A stretch of 63,223 bases of DNA, counting the filler, from Octopus bimaculoides (Eukaryota), in assembly GCF_001194135.2 (NCBI RefSeq). It is 4 parts of 4 records of this genome, joined end to end, with 100 filler letters (N's around TTAATTAATTAA, not from the genome) between each part and the next. Parts side by side here need not be neighbours in the genome. Positions count along the whole stretch, not along the records: positions 1 to 24,881 come from NC_068992.1; positions 24,982 to 49,103 come from NC_068986.1; 2 more parts are not named here. One strand, 5' to 3'. Shown here piece by piece: positions 23,776-36,068 of this stretch (the stretch's first letter is position 1; each line of letters opens with the position of its first letter). Made by a program: the position numbers and the translations under genes. The notes beneath the pieces were generated by a model. That model saw only the letters and a program-made list of their open reading frames with translations, was not told where the DNA came from and ran no database searches.

Positions 23776-23919
23776 TATTTCATTAAATTGGCCATTATGA
23801 ACTTACACAAAGAAAAAGGAAGCTGCATAATGTTATATGAGATGAAAAGTAAAAATGATGATTAATGGGGGAAACAAGCCACGCCCGCCGATTGTTTGTT
23901 TCCCGAAGCCATTGTTCTC

Positions 23920-24881
23920 TTATTTATTATAGATGAGGCAATAAATCTCTTATAATTGTTCATAATTGTTTATTGATAGACAAAATTGAGGCACTACTTT
24001 GTTAAAAGTAGAATTAGGTTTCAAACATTTTACAAATTCACAATATTGAGGCTTTCCAAGCTCTACCCATATTCCTCCTCAGTATCGCTTGTGACCATGC
24101 ACCCCGCCATTGTACACGCCTCATTCAAGCACAAAGCGGGTGCCGTGTCGGTGTCACCCGGCCACAAGCGATATTCCTCATTGAGCTTCTCCAACCTATG
24201 CATCACGGGCAACGTTATGACCTCCACAGCTATCTGCGGAGGCCATTCGGGATCTCGTGTGAAGGTCAAAGTTGCTCCCTTATGGTGCTTCTCTAACACC
24301 TCCACCTCTCCGCTTCTGTGGAAGAAGACCGATACTTCATCTTCTTCCGGGGACGAGGTAGTCACTTCCACCGTCGGCGGCACAATTCCCCCGCCGGTGG
24401 TACAACCCCCATCGACGAGGTTCCGGGACATTCCGGTACTATGTCGCCGACTGCCGGCAATGTCCCGTTTCTCTTCCTCTTCCTCTTTTTTCTTTTTAAC
24501 TGAGGGAAGGTGAGTTTCCTCCATGACCGGGAGATCCGCCTCCCCTCCCTCATCCCTAGGATCCTTCGGTGAGCAACCATTGTTGCTCACTTCCTTCCTC
24601 TTGCGGCCCTTCTTTGAGGAGTCCTCCGCCTCCTCGGCCGCCTCCGGTCCCTCTTCTACAGAGATCTTCATCAACTGCCCCAGAACCTGGCTTTGGTCTT
24701 GGGGACAGTTTTTCTTTATATGGCCAGGCTCCAGGCACCGATGACACCTGAAGGGGGGGGGACCCTCAAGAATCACTGGGTACCTGATCCCGGTCATAGT
24801 TAAAAAGTTTGGAAAGACTAACTCTTTTACTGATTTAGTCCACAGGGTCAAAATAACTTTTGACCTGACTCAATCAGCCAC
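23920..24881 (-). mobile_element. Tx1/L1-type ORF1-only element (5' end lost in a gap); open frame 24063-24851
   Basis: VILEGPPPFR-CHRCLEPGHIKKNC (CX2CX4HX4C), followed by an acidic/basic low-complexity tract and a stop. After that come ~140 nt of AT-rich sequence with two AATAAA and no endonuclease start. Confidence 0.75.
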
Positions 24882-24981
24882 NNNNNNNNNNNNNNNNNNN
24901 NNNNNNNNNNNNNNNNNNNNNNNNNTTAATTAATTAANNNNNNNNNNNNNNNNNNNNNNNNNNNNNNNNNNNNNNNNNNNN
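24882..24981. other. Assembly spacer: 44 N + TTAATTAATTAA + 44 N (also at 49104-49203 and 57182-57281)
   Basis: An identical 100-bp construct occurs three times. TTAATTAATTAA puts a stop codon in all six frames. Confidence 0.9.
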
Positions 24982-25027
<46 letters not shown>

Positions 25028-25411
25028 CATAGGTTAAATATACAACCCTCCGTCGATTTGATACAAAATTACCGACTTCCGGTTTCCCCAGAACAAAGGA
25101 AGCGAAACCGTCCTCATCTTTTTACCTGCAAATCCGTCCTTTTACCTCGACAATCAAATATTCGATGTACCGGAAGTCACCGATTTCTCACCCTCCGCAT
25201 CCCTATCCTCTCTCTCTTTATTTTTCTTACACACTCACACACACACACACACAGGGCGAGAGATTGACTTCTAATTAAAAAATTAGCTGTTGTAGATCAA
25301 AAGCAATGTCAAGTGAAACTTTTATTCCCAAATCTGTCCCAAGTCGGTTATTGTAATATCACACGCTAACAATAAATTGGGTTTATTTAGTAAATATAAA
25401 TAAACGAAATA

Positions 25412-25736
25412 GGCCCAGGCGTGGCTGTGTGGTAAGAAGCTTGTTTCCCAACCACATGGTTCCGAGTTCAGTCCCACTGCATGGCACCTTGGGCAAGTGT
25501 CTCCTACTATATAGCCTTGGGCCGACCAACGCCCTTTAAATGAATTTGGTAGACGGCAACCGAAAGAAGCCTGTCATGTGTGTGTGTGTGTGGTCTTTGT
25601 ACCTGTGTGTGTCCCACCACCGCTTGACAACCGGTGTTGATTTCTTTTTAGGTCCCCGTAAAATAGCGGTTCGGCAAAAGAGACCGAAAGAATAAATGCC
25701 AGACTTTAGAAAAATAAATACTGGTGTCGATTCATC
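25412..25736 (+). mobile_element. SINE family B (tRNA-derived, internal GT microsatellite)
   Basis: A box TGGCTGTGTGG and B box GAGTTCAGTCC; matches 49698-50100. Confidence 0.9.
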
Positions 25737-26079
25737 NNNNNNNNNNNNNNNNNNNNNNNNNNNNNNNNNNNNNNNNNNNNNNNNNNNNNNNNNNNNNNNN
25801 NNNNNNNNNNNNNNNNNNNNNNNNNNNNNNNNNNNNNNNNNNNNNNNNNNNNNNNNNNNNNNNNNNAGTAAAGAAGAAAAGAAGAAACTCTGGTGAACTG
25901 GATTTATTCTTGAAGGATTAGGATTAGCGGATTTGGCAGAATTGGTTGGAGATGGGACAAAATACTCTAACATATCTAGTGACGGGTTCAAATCCAGCCG
26001 GGGATCATCTTAGTGTAATGCTTTCAAAAATAATTTTTCCAAGTTTTAATGCCATTCACTACATTATAGGGATACAGAT

Positions 26080-26400
26080 GACCCCCTCTATTTTACCGGC
26101 CCTGAAAGGTAGAAAGGCAAAGTAGACTTCAGCAGGATTTGAACTGAGAACGTAGAGTCGGAAGAAATTCCACCAATTATTTTTTCCGGCGTGCTAACGA
26201 TTTTGTTAATTTACCACCCGGCTAATAGTCCTTCCTATTATAGGCACAAGGCTAGTAATTTTGAGGGGAGGGGACAAGTCTATTACACCAACTCTCCAGC
26301 AATTGGCTGGTATTTTGCTTCATCGGCCCCGAAAGGATGAAAGGCAAAGTTTGACCTCGGCGGTATTTGAACTGAGAACGGACAGAGTCAAAAGAAATGC
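26080..26400 (-). mobile_element. Two adjacent decayed SINE family A copies
   Basis: Two gaaagg...aaaggcaaag...tttgaactgagaacg segments. Confidence 0.7.
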
Positions 26401-26783
26401 TGTAACTTAGACAAGCATTGGCGTATGTTTTGAGGCAAACATGCGATCATCAGCGGTGTTAATGGTGGCGGTGCCGTCGCCGCTGCAAAAGCGCAAGCGG
26501 AAAATAGATGTGGGTCAGTGGCGAATAAAACTAATTGTTTAGAAAAGTATTGTCAATTTTATCAATACAGCAATATTTCTTTAAAGCAGTAAAATGGGTA
26601 AAAGAAAAGAAAAAAAAAGGAAGAAAGGGTGAGTCACCTATGACGTATTTGAAGTCACAATTGAAGTATTAACCCAACTGAACATCATCGAAGTTGAGCT
26701 TTATACATTGTGGTGGAGGTGAACCTCTTCACAATACGCACAACTACAAACTGTTCTGGGAAGCAACAGGGAAGGAAACCGAA

Positions 26784-27127
26784 GACGTGGCTGTACGGTA
26801 AGAAGCTTGCTTCCCAACTACATGATTCCAGGTTCAGTCCCACTGCATGGCACCTTGGGCAAAGGTCTTCTACTCGTGAGTGGATCTGGTAGACGGAAAC
26901 TAAGTAAATCCCGTCGTGTATATATAAATTTATAGATAGATAGATAATATCGTGTGTGTGTGTGTGTGTGTGTGTGTTTGTCTCCGCTTGACAACAGGTG
27001 TTGGTGTGCTTACGTTTCTGTAACTTAGTGGTTCGGCAAAAGGGGCAGATAGAGTAAGTACATTCTTCAAGGCGGTGCCCCAGCATGGCCGCAGTCAAAT
27101 GACTGAAATGACCAAAGCATAAAAGAG
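26784..27127 (+). mobile_element. SINE family B
   Basis: Head, (GT)n and the tail aaggcggtgccccagcatggccgcagtc. Confidence 0.85.
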
Positions 27128-27279
27128 AAACCTTGAGAGAGAACTCACTTTATCGCTGTTTAACATTATTTTAAAATAATTTACGCTTAAGAAGATTGCT
27201 TCGCAACTGTGTGGTCTCAAGTTCACTCCCATTGTGTGGCACTTTAGGAAAAAATGTCTTGTGACTGAATTTGACTGGA

Positions 27280-27450
27280 CGGAGAGTATTAGATCGACCC
27301 AGTACACAACTGGTACTTAATTTATCGATCCCGAAACGATAAAAGGCAAAATCGACCTCAGTGTAATTTGAACTCAGAATGTAATGACATGAAATACTGC
27401 TTAGCATTTTGCCCGATGTTCTAACGATTCTGCCAGCTCGCCGCCATAGT
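27280..27450 (-). mobile_element. SINE family A
   Basis: Reverse complement of the head ggcggcgagctggcagaatcgttag and the body. Confidence 0.85.
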
Positions 27451-27899
27451 AGCAGTAGTAGTGGTAGTAGTAGTGGTAGTAGTGGTAGTGGTGGTGGTGG
27501 TGGCATCAATTGCATGATCGATGACCAACAAAATGTCTGCATAATCTTTTTTTGTTTTTGTGTCACTATCTCAACGATTTTAGTGATTGAAGCGTGCGCG
27601 CGCAATGCAGTAAAGTGTCAAATTCCCTCTTCCCCTTTCTCACTATCCCTCCTACTTTGCTACTACCCTCTTACTCACCATCTCCCCCTCCTACTCAATG
27701 TCTCCTCCTCCCGTTCTTCCCCTCCCTCCCATGTTTACTTTATCCCAGAGAGAGATGTGTCTCGTTCGAAATTTCCCCAACTTTTCTTTTACAACTTTCA
27801 ACTATTCAACTGCAACGACACGTCCTAATGGCTTGGATTGATTTTGTATCGATTCCAGTATTTTATCGAAATTTATTTAACGAATGACTACGTCTGTAA

Positions 27900-28110
27900 G
27901 GCAGCGAGCTGGCAGAAACGTTAACACGCCGGGCGAAATGCTTAGCGGGATTTCGTCTGTCTTTACGTTCCGAGTTCAAATTCCACCGAGGTCGACTTCG
28001 CGTTTCATCCTTTCGAAGTCGATAAATTAAGTACCAGCAGTGTACTGGGGTAGATCTAATCGACTGGCCCCTCCCCCAAAATTTCGGGCCTTGTACATAG
28101 AGTAGAAAAG
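27900..28110 (+). mobile_element. SINE family A, full length with TSD
   Basis: A box TGGCAGAAACGTTA and B box GAGTTCAAATTC. Flanks are gaatgactacgtctgtaa (27882-27899) and gaatgactatgtctatgtaa (28110-28129). Confidence 0.92.
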
Positions 28111-28177
28111 AATGACTATGTCTATGTAACGGGATATAACTCCATAAACCGAATATTTTGTGTCCGACGCACCAATT

Positions 28178-28238
<61 letters not shown>

Positions 28239-28466
28239 GGTTTTCTGCAGTTTTAGGTCCACCAAGATATTGTAGATGCCTTTGCTCAAAGAGTCGCGAT
28301 TAAGTATCTGAATGCGTGTCTACATGGCTTTACCAGTGCCACACATTGAGCAAGAAAGAGACAGATAGATCGATAGACAAGCAGACGGATCGATAGATAA
28401 ACAAGCAAACAAATCGATAGAGAGAGATACAGACTGGGAGAGACAGCGAGAGTGAAAAACAGACAT

Positions 28467-28510
<44 letters not shown>

Positions 28511-29178
28511 CATAAAGAGAGAGAGAGAAGTAGAAGCGGGGCACCGTGTAGACAGAGACGTCCATTATAGAAGAGAGAGAATGCGTTGAGTAGAGAGATA
28601 AGTAGACGAATTGAAGTAGAGAATGAGAATGGAAGATAGCGTGGAGAGAGAGAGAATTAGTGTGCGATAGAGGAGAAATGGAGAAAATGAAAAGAGGTAG
28701 AAGGGGGCAAATCTGGTAGAAACGAAGAAATTGAATGAGAGAAAGAGACCATTAAAGAGGACCATTGAGGAGTGAGCGATAGAGAGAGGGGGGGAGAGAA
28801 CGAAAGGGAGAGAAGTGAGAGGCAAGTGGAGAGAGAATCTGTGCGTGATAGAGAGAGAGAGTTTATATATAACGTGTCAAGAGAGAAAAATGCGTACATA
28901 TGTGTTTGTGTATGCACACTGACACACACACACAGAGACAAACTGACACATACACAGATTTTCGACTTGTAATTGGCGTCAACGACATATTTAAAACACC
29001 ACAGCACCCAGTAGCCTCTTACTTATTGTAACAAGCAGTAAGGCTGACAAGATGAAAGAGCCACTCGGTACGATTCATCCACTCCCTCCACCTCCCCATC
29101 TTTTTTTTTTTTCTCTATTTCTTCTTCTACTTACTATTGTTGCTGGTGTTATTATTGCAGAAGGCTTCACTTCTTTCG

Positions 29179-29220
<42 letters not shown>

Positions 29221-29404
29221 TCAAGTGGAAAACGTATCTCTACGGCTTTTTTTTTTCTAAGCTATTATGATTTTTCATGATGTCGATAGATCTTGTTCGT
29301 ATTATCCTTCTTACTGTGATTAGGTTGGTTGTTGATGGGGTAACTAGGAACAGGATGAAATTGATAAATAGCTGGGGTATTCACCGGTTGCTGTGCAAAG
29401 GAAT

Positions 29405-29468
<64 letters not shown>

Positions 29469-30111
29469 CACCTACATATAACACACGAACACAAATAACA
29501 ATTATTGAGTAATGACTGGGGCTTCACCTGATACAGATCATAGACAGCGATATAAATACACAAATATAGATAGATTCAAAACATACGTATATACATACGC
29601 ACGTGTGCGTGTGTGTGGCGTTATATACACAGCGATAAATTCAGAGATATATAAATGTAAACACACACACACATGCACAGAGTAAAAGGAGATCGCACAC
29701 ATACCCACAAATAAGACAGGCAACGCGATTTGATGCTTTCGCAGATAACAGGAGGGAGAGAGGCAGTGCGTGTGTGTGTATGAAAGAGAGAGAGAGGGAG
29801 AAAGCCAGTGAGAGAGAGAGAGAGAGAGAGTTTATGCACGCTGGGTTGAAGAGTCTTGTATAAATGGTGAAGAAATTCGAGATTTGAATATCGAAATGTT
29901 TCCAATTAACCTTGTATTTAGTTTGCTAAATAATAAATATTCCTAAATTGCCTGGCAACCAATTAACGATAAAGTCGACGAGTTAGTGAGATCGAATCCA
30001 TGTTCCGCCTTCTGCACCTCTCCAAACACGTACAATAAGAGAACATCCCACGAGAAATTTTGCAAGGGCGGAATTAGATTGCTATCGAATACCATAAAAA
30101 AACGTGTAAAG

Positions 30112-30321
30112 TAATGTTTCCCAACCTATGGTCCGCAAAGGTAGTACTGGGGGGNNNNNNNNNNNNNNNNNNNTGGGGGGGGGGGGAATTAAATTCAAAA
30201 TTTCCTGTATGTATGTATGTATGGATGGATACATAATGATAAGCATATTAAAAAAAAGGTCCGTGGGAAAACTCATTCAAATAAAAGGGGTCCTTGGTAG
30301 TGAAAAGGTTGGGATCCACAA
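30112..30321. mobile_element. Probable hAT-type MITE (degenerate TIRs)
   Basis: Ends taatgtttcccaacct and aggttgggatccacaa resemble CAGTGGTTCCCAACCT-type TIRs, with ggtccgc/ggggtcc subterminal motifs. Confidence 0.5.
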
Positions 30322-30478
30322 ACCACTGCCCCGGCCAGTAGTTTTTGACAAGTCCAAAATACGGAAATGTTATGCCCTGGACAAATGTACCCGTTCAACA
30401 ACAAACCCACCCGTTTACGAGCCCCGTGTGTGGACACATCCATGTATAAATATAGATATACATAGCACACACACACGA

Positions 30479-30510
<32 letters not shown>

Positions 30511-30544
30511 CATATAAATGTATCAACATCTTACCCTCTCTGTG

Positions 30545-30750
30545 TGTGAGCGCGCACGTGTGTGTGTGACCCAACACCGCTTCACAACCGGTGTTGGTGC
30601 GTTTACCTCCCCGTAACTTAGCATTTCGGTAAAAAGTTTCCAACAGAATAAGTACCAGGCTTTCAAATATAAGCACTGGGGTTGATTCGTTCGACCCAAA
30701 AAATTCTTCAAGGCGGTGCCCCAGCATGGCCGCAGTCTTCCGACTGAAAC
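30545..30750 (+). mobile_element. SINE family B, 3' half
   Basis: ccgcttcacaaccggtgttgg...aaggcggtgccccagcatggccgcagtc. Confidence 0.8.
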
Positions 30751-30906
30751 ATGTAGGGGATAATCTATATATATATGTCAATATACGTGCTTCTGTTCGC
30801 ATACATTACACAACACACATGGACACAAGAGACAGCAGAGACAATCGGCTATTATAATGCAGTCATTTTATAATAACAGATTGAGAAGTTGCTAAATCTA
30901 TAGAAC

Positions 30907-30941
<35 letters not shown>

Positions 30942-30995
30942 GAGAGAGAGAGGGAGGGAGAGAGAGAGATTTATATAAGGAGGTAATTGAAGAAG

Positions 30996-31026
<31 letters not shown>

Positions 31027-31241
31027 TAGATGAGAGTTTAAATGGAGGAGAGAGAGAGAAATAGAGGGGAGGGCGTGAGAGAGGCAGAGATACAGATGGA
31101 GGTGTGTTTGTGTGTGTGTATGTATGTATACAAACTACCGTGTCCAAACGTGAAAACGGTACAAAGTTCATTATTATATACTTCTATACGTACACACACA
31201 CACACACACATGCATACACACACACACACACNNNNNNNNNN

Positions 31242-31282
<41 letters not shown>

Positions 31283-31642
31283 GTATACATATATAAATAT
31301 ATATGCATAGACACACATACATCGATAAATATATATGTAGCTGTACCTATACACACACACACACGTGTGTGTGTTGTGTGTAACATAATATGTTCGGAGG
31401 TGGGGCACTATCCCGCCTCTTGTAACAATAAAAAAATAAATACATGAAAATATATATATAAATAGATGTAAATATAAGGCAGTTGTTATAAACCATCAAT
31501 TCAGTTAAATAATGATTATGTGGGATGTATAATGGTGTATATATGCATATATATTTTATATATATATATGTATGGGGACATGCACACGTGTATATTTGTA
31601 TATGCGTAGGTACGTATGTGCATATGTGTAAATGTGGGCGTA

Positions 31643-31690
<48 letters not shown>

Positions 31691-32475
31691 NNNNNNNNNN
31701 NNNNNNNNNNNNNNNNNNNNNNNNNNNNNNNNNNNNNNNNNNNNNNNNNNNNNNNNNNNNNNNNNNNNNNNNNNNNNNNNNNNNNNNNNNNNNNNNNNNN
31801 NNNNNNNNNNNNNNNNNNNNNNNNNNNNNNNNNNNNNNNNNNNNNNNNNNNNNNNNNNNNNNNNNNNNNNNNNNNNNNNNNNNNNNNNNNNNNNNNNNNN
31901 NNNNNNNNNNNNNNNNNNNNNNNNNNNNNNNNNNNNNNNNNNNNNNNNNNNNNNNNNNNNNNNNNNNNNNNNNNNNNNNNNNNNNNNNNNNNNNNNNNNN
32001 NNNNNNNNNNNNNNNNNNNNNNNNNNNNNNNNNNNNNNNNNNNNNNNNNNNNNNNNNNNNNNNNNNNNNNNNNNNNNNNNNNNNNNNNNNNNNNNNNNNN
32101 NNNNNNNNNNNNNNNNNNNNNNNNNNNNNNNNNNNNNNNNNNNNNNNNNNNNNNNNNNNNNNNNNNNNNNNNNNNNNNNNNNNNNNNNNNNNNNNNNNNN
32201 NNNNNNNNNNNNNNNNNNNNNNNNNNNNNNNNNNNNNNNNNNNNNNNNNNNNNNNNNNNNNNNNNNNNNNNNNNNNNNNNNNNNNNNNNNNNNNNNNNNN
32301 NNNNNNNNNNNNNNNNNNNNNNNNNNNNNNNNNNNNNNNNNNNNNNNNNNNNNNNNNNNNNNNNNNNNNNNNNNNNNNNNNNNNNNNNNNNNNNNNNNNN
32401 NNNNNNNNNNNNNNNNNNNNNNNNNNNNNNNNNNNNNNNNNNNNNNNNNTATATATATATATATATATATATATA

Positions 32476-32640
32476 CTCAGGAAGAGACTATTCTAGAGTA
32501 CGTTCTGCCTTATCTTCGAAACGTCTAGTTAGAATAGAGGCTGCTGGTGAATAATTCCAAGTGGCTTTCTGTTTTCCTATGTGTTCGTTCCGTTGTCTGT
32601 AGTTGATTGTTCTAACGTCCTGTACCCTGATATGCATCTA
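32476..32640 (+). mobile_element. Penelope-like terminal fragment between (TA)n tracts with a decayed hammerhead motif
   Basis: CTCAGGA-AGAG...CTTC-GAAACGTC-tag at 32476-32528, followed by a pyrimidine-rich tail. Confidence 0.45.
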
Positions 32641-33109
32641 TATACACATGTAGATGTAAGTATATACATATATGTGTGTATACATGCATATATATTCTTT
32701 TTATTATATATATATATCAGTTTCTGTTTGTGACAGCGCTGTGAGCGGGCGGTCTGTGAGAATGAAACACCTGAACTATTCCATGACATCTGTATGCGCG
32801 CGTGTGTATCCGTCATCATATACCAATGATTGGTGACGCTTTGTGCTACTCTTTACCCAATTGCTGTCCCACTCTTGTCTCAAATTTCTTGTTTACCTCA
32901 ACATATAGCGTCTCTCTATACTTTCTGATACGGATCGATGGATCTCCGTCATTCGGCAACGTGGATTCAGTAGTGCAATAAACTGATATGTAAGCGGCTA
33001 GGAATTTTACAAAGATTGTACCTTGAACGTAATTCCTAGGCAAGTGTGTGTGTGTCAATGCTTTGCCTTTCCAATTACATCTACAATCCACCCGTATATA
33101 TATGTGTGT

Positions 33110-33200
33110 TATCGATTTCTGGATCAGGCGACGCATCGTGTTCTTCAGCAAAGCATTTCAATTCGCGTTGCTCCAAGCCACTCAGCTGGCAAAAAAATGA
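33110..33200 (+). mobile_element. SINE family C central-domain fragment
   Basis: gcgacgcatcgtgttcttcagcaaagc...cactcagctggcaaaaaaatgag matches ~7720-7795. Confidence 0.7.
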
Positions 33201-33337
33201 GTTCTCCTGCAACGGACCGGCGTTCCGACCAGGGAAGGGGAAATTTATACACCACAGAATCCAGGAAACCGATTTTATGAAACACCGATGAAGAATCGAC
33301 AATCCCTTTTTTCACACACGTCATGTCTGTATATAAT

Positions 33338-33493
33338 AAACAATTGCAACGTGGAAGGTGTTTATAAGCCATTTAAGAAACACACAAAAACCGTTAGATT
33401 CACTTCAACATTTAAATTTAATTTGCCAAAATTTTGTCAGCGAACAGGTCGCAGTCGCAAAGCGACGAAAATATTTTGGCATATTAAATTTAA
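33338..33493. mobile_element. Palindromic (foldback) MITE family F, copy 1, truncated by a gap
   Basis: Shares aaacaattgca...acacaaaaaccgttagattcacttcaacatttaaattt with the 54843 copy; the core is in the opposite orientation. Confidence 0.8.
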
Positions 33494-33959
33494 NNNNNNN
33501 NNNNNNNNNNNNNNNNNNNNNNNNNNNNNNNNNNNNNNNNNNNNNNNNNNNNNNNNNNNNNNNNNNNNNNNNNNNNNNNNNNNNNNNNNNNNNNNNNNNN
33601 NNNNNNNNNNNNNNNNNNNNNNNNNNNNNNNNNNNNNNNNNNNNNNNNNNNNNNNNNNNNNNNNNNNNNNNNNNNNNNNNNNNNNNNNNNNNNNNNNNNN
33701 NNNNNNNNNNNNNNNNNNNNNNNNNNNNNNNNNNNNNNNNNNNNNNNNNNNNNNNNNNNNNNNNNNNNNNNNNNNNNNNNNNNNNNNACATATATAGTAT
33801 TTGGAGCGAGAGAGATTTATATGAAGGACCAATGAAACCTGATGCTGTCTAATTTACTAAAACTACATACCCGCTTATTTGCGATGGTGAATGTGTGCTC
33901 TTTTATCCTTTCGGTTTGTTTTGTTTTGGGGGATTTTTTTTGTTTTTTTCAGTGTGGCA

Positions 33960-34340
33960 CTAAATTCCTTGATTTTCTGATTTTCGGTATGTCCATCTCA
34001 GTGACGTTGCCGTCATCCACCTATAGTGATACGGCCTCCGCACGTGCCAGTTCGAGCGAGAAATCTCTTCATCCCTCAAATACACAGAAATGGCCACAAC
34101 GGCTCAAGAGCCAACAACCAAGAGTCCAAGGTCATGATAAAAGGCACCGTTAACTAAACGAGACCTCATCACCCAGTAACTCTGACCTCCGAACAGATGT
34201 CACAGTGCGATGATGTGATCCAGCTTTAAATATCCGGTACCAAGTATTGATGATCAACCTTGTCGAATGCTTGGGGTTGGTCTGAATGGATCTCACACCT
34301 ATCGAGGCCCGGCTTATTATCCAAGCCTTTGTAGTATGTC
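33960..34340 (-). pseudogene. Decayed Tx1-type reverse transcriptase core fragment
   Basis: Minus-strand pieces SDQPQAFDKVDHQYLV (DqxKAFDrVdH), LDSWLLALEPLW (LALEPL) and VSL*VDDGNV (YADD region). Confidence 0.75.
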
Positions 34341-34943
34341 AGAGGGGAAGAAAGGGAGGAAACAGAGGCAGAAAGATAGGGGAGAAAGAGAGAGAGAAGA
34401 TCGGGGAAAGAGAGCGACAAGTCATAGTTACTGGCTGTTGCTTTATTTATCGACCGCGAAAAGACGTAAGGTAAAGTTGAACCTCTGCAAGAATCTGAAC
34501 TCAGAAAGCCCGAATAAATAGCACAAGGAATTCATTCTATTGCCCTACGATAATGATTTGGGCAATTCACAGCCTGACAGACAAATGAACACACACAGCA
34601 ACGACGATGAAAAAAATACATCGTCAGCAACAATGACCGAACTGATAAACTTCTGTTGCCTGCGCGTGTGGTTCATTTCTAAGGCTGCTGAACACACACA
34701 CACACACACACTCTCGTCACCACTCNNNNNNNNNNTGCTAAATGAATAAAGGAAAATAAAATAAACACACACACACACACACATGTAACAACGAGCTGAC
34801 AATATGGACGTTAAGATCGATGTTGCAACATCTGGAAGCAAGAGAATAGATCGAGCAGAAAGCTAAACTGTACTTAGTGGAGAAGCAGCAGTTAGGGACT
34901 TCAATGAAATACACGCGACACAGGATGTTCTTTCCAGCTCACT

Positions 34944-34975
<32 letters not shown>

Positions 34976-35260
34976 CATACACACACACATATATATTTAT
35001 GTTTCATTCCCTCTCATGATGCATATTTATGACTATATGTTGGCAGGCGAACATCCACAACACCATCCATCTGCACACAAACACACACACACACACACCA
35101 ATAAAAATGTAAGATAGTTTGTTTTTTTTAATCTGCTACAGCTATGAATGCAAACAATTGTGTACATATATGTGTGTGTATACACACGCACACAAGTAGC
35201 GATGCAGATAAACACAATTAGATTTGAGGTGTGTGCGTGCGTGTGCGTGTCTGTATAAAA

Positions 35261-35348
35261 ATTTTATTTGCCAAAATATTTTCGTCGCTTTTAGACCGCA
35301 ACCTGTTCACTGACAAAATTCCGTGCTAGGTCGCGGTCTCAAAGCAAC

Positions 35349-35352
<4 letters not shown>
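35261..35352. mobile_element. Palindromic MITE family F, copy 2 (core hairpin)
   Basis: 35281-35304 pairs with 35328-35351 (21 of 24). Confidence 0.7.
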
Positions 35353-35380
<28 letters not shown>

Positions 35381-35710
35381 NNNNNNNNNNNNNNNNNNNN
35401 NNNNNNNNNNNNNNNNNNNNNNNNNNNNNNNNNNNNNNNNNNNNNNNNNNNNNNNNNNNNNNNNNNNNNNNNNNNNNNNNNNNNNNNNNNNNNNNNNNNN
35501 NNNNNNNNNNNNNNNNNNNNNNNNNNNNNNNNNNNNNNNNNNNNNNNNNNNNNNNNNNNNNNNNNNNNNNNNNNNNNNNNNNNNNNNNNNNNNNNNNNNN
35601 NNNNNNNNNNNNNNNNNNNNNNNNNNNNNNNNNNNNNNNNNNNNNNNNNNNNNNNNNNNNNNNNNNNNNNNNNNNNNNNNNNNNNNNNNNNNNNNNNNNN
35701 NNNNNNNNNN

Positions 35711-35839
35711 NAAGATTTCCGGGTTCAATCTTACTGCGTGGCACCTTAGACAAGTGTCTTCTACTATAGCCTCAAGCCGACCAAAGCCTTGTGAATGGAT
35801 TTGGTAGACAGAAACTTAAAGAAGCTCGTCGTATATGTG

Positions 35840-35879
<40 letters not shown>

Positions 35880-36065
35880 AACATCGCTTGACAACCGATG
35901 CTGGTGTGTTTACGTTCCCGTACCTTAGTGGTTCGGCAAAAGAGACCGATAGAATAAGTACTAGGCTTGCAAATAATGTCCTAGGGTTGATTTGCTTGAC
36001 GAAAGGCGGTGCTCCAGCATGACCTCGGTCAAGTGACTGAAACAAGTAAAAGAATAAAAGAATAT
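35711..36065 (+). mobile_element. SINE family B
   Basis: B box onward through the aaagaataaaagaata tail. Confidence 0.88.
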
Positions 36066-36068
36066 ATA

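Noticed and set aside
24926-24937. TTAATTAATTAA palindrome inside N runs (also 49148-49159 and 57226-57237)
   Set aside because: It is an identical 44N+12+44N construct giving six-frame stops, so it is an assembly spacer and not biology.
26420-26455. Minus-strand CTGATGA...AAAAC
   Set aside because: Stem II does not pair and GAAA is absent.
31525-32554. Long ORFs in the track (also 9286-9915, 45829-46983, 52547-53979 and others)
   Set aside because: They are read-through of N gaps plus dinucleotide repeats, with no coding signal.
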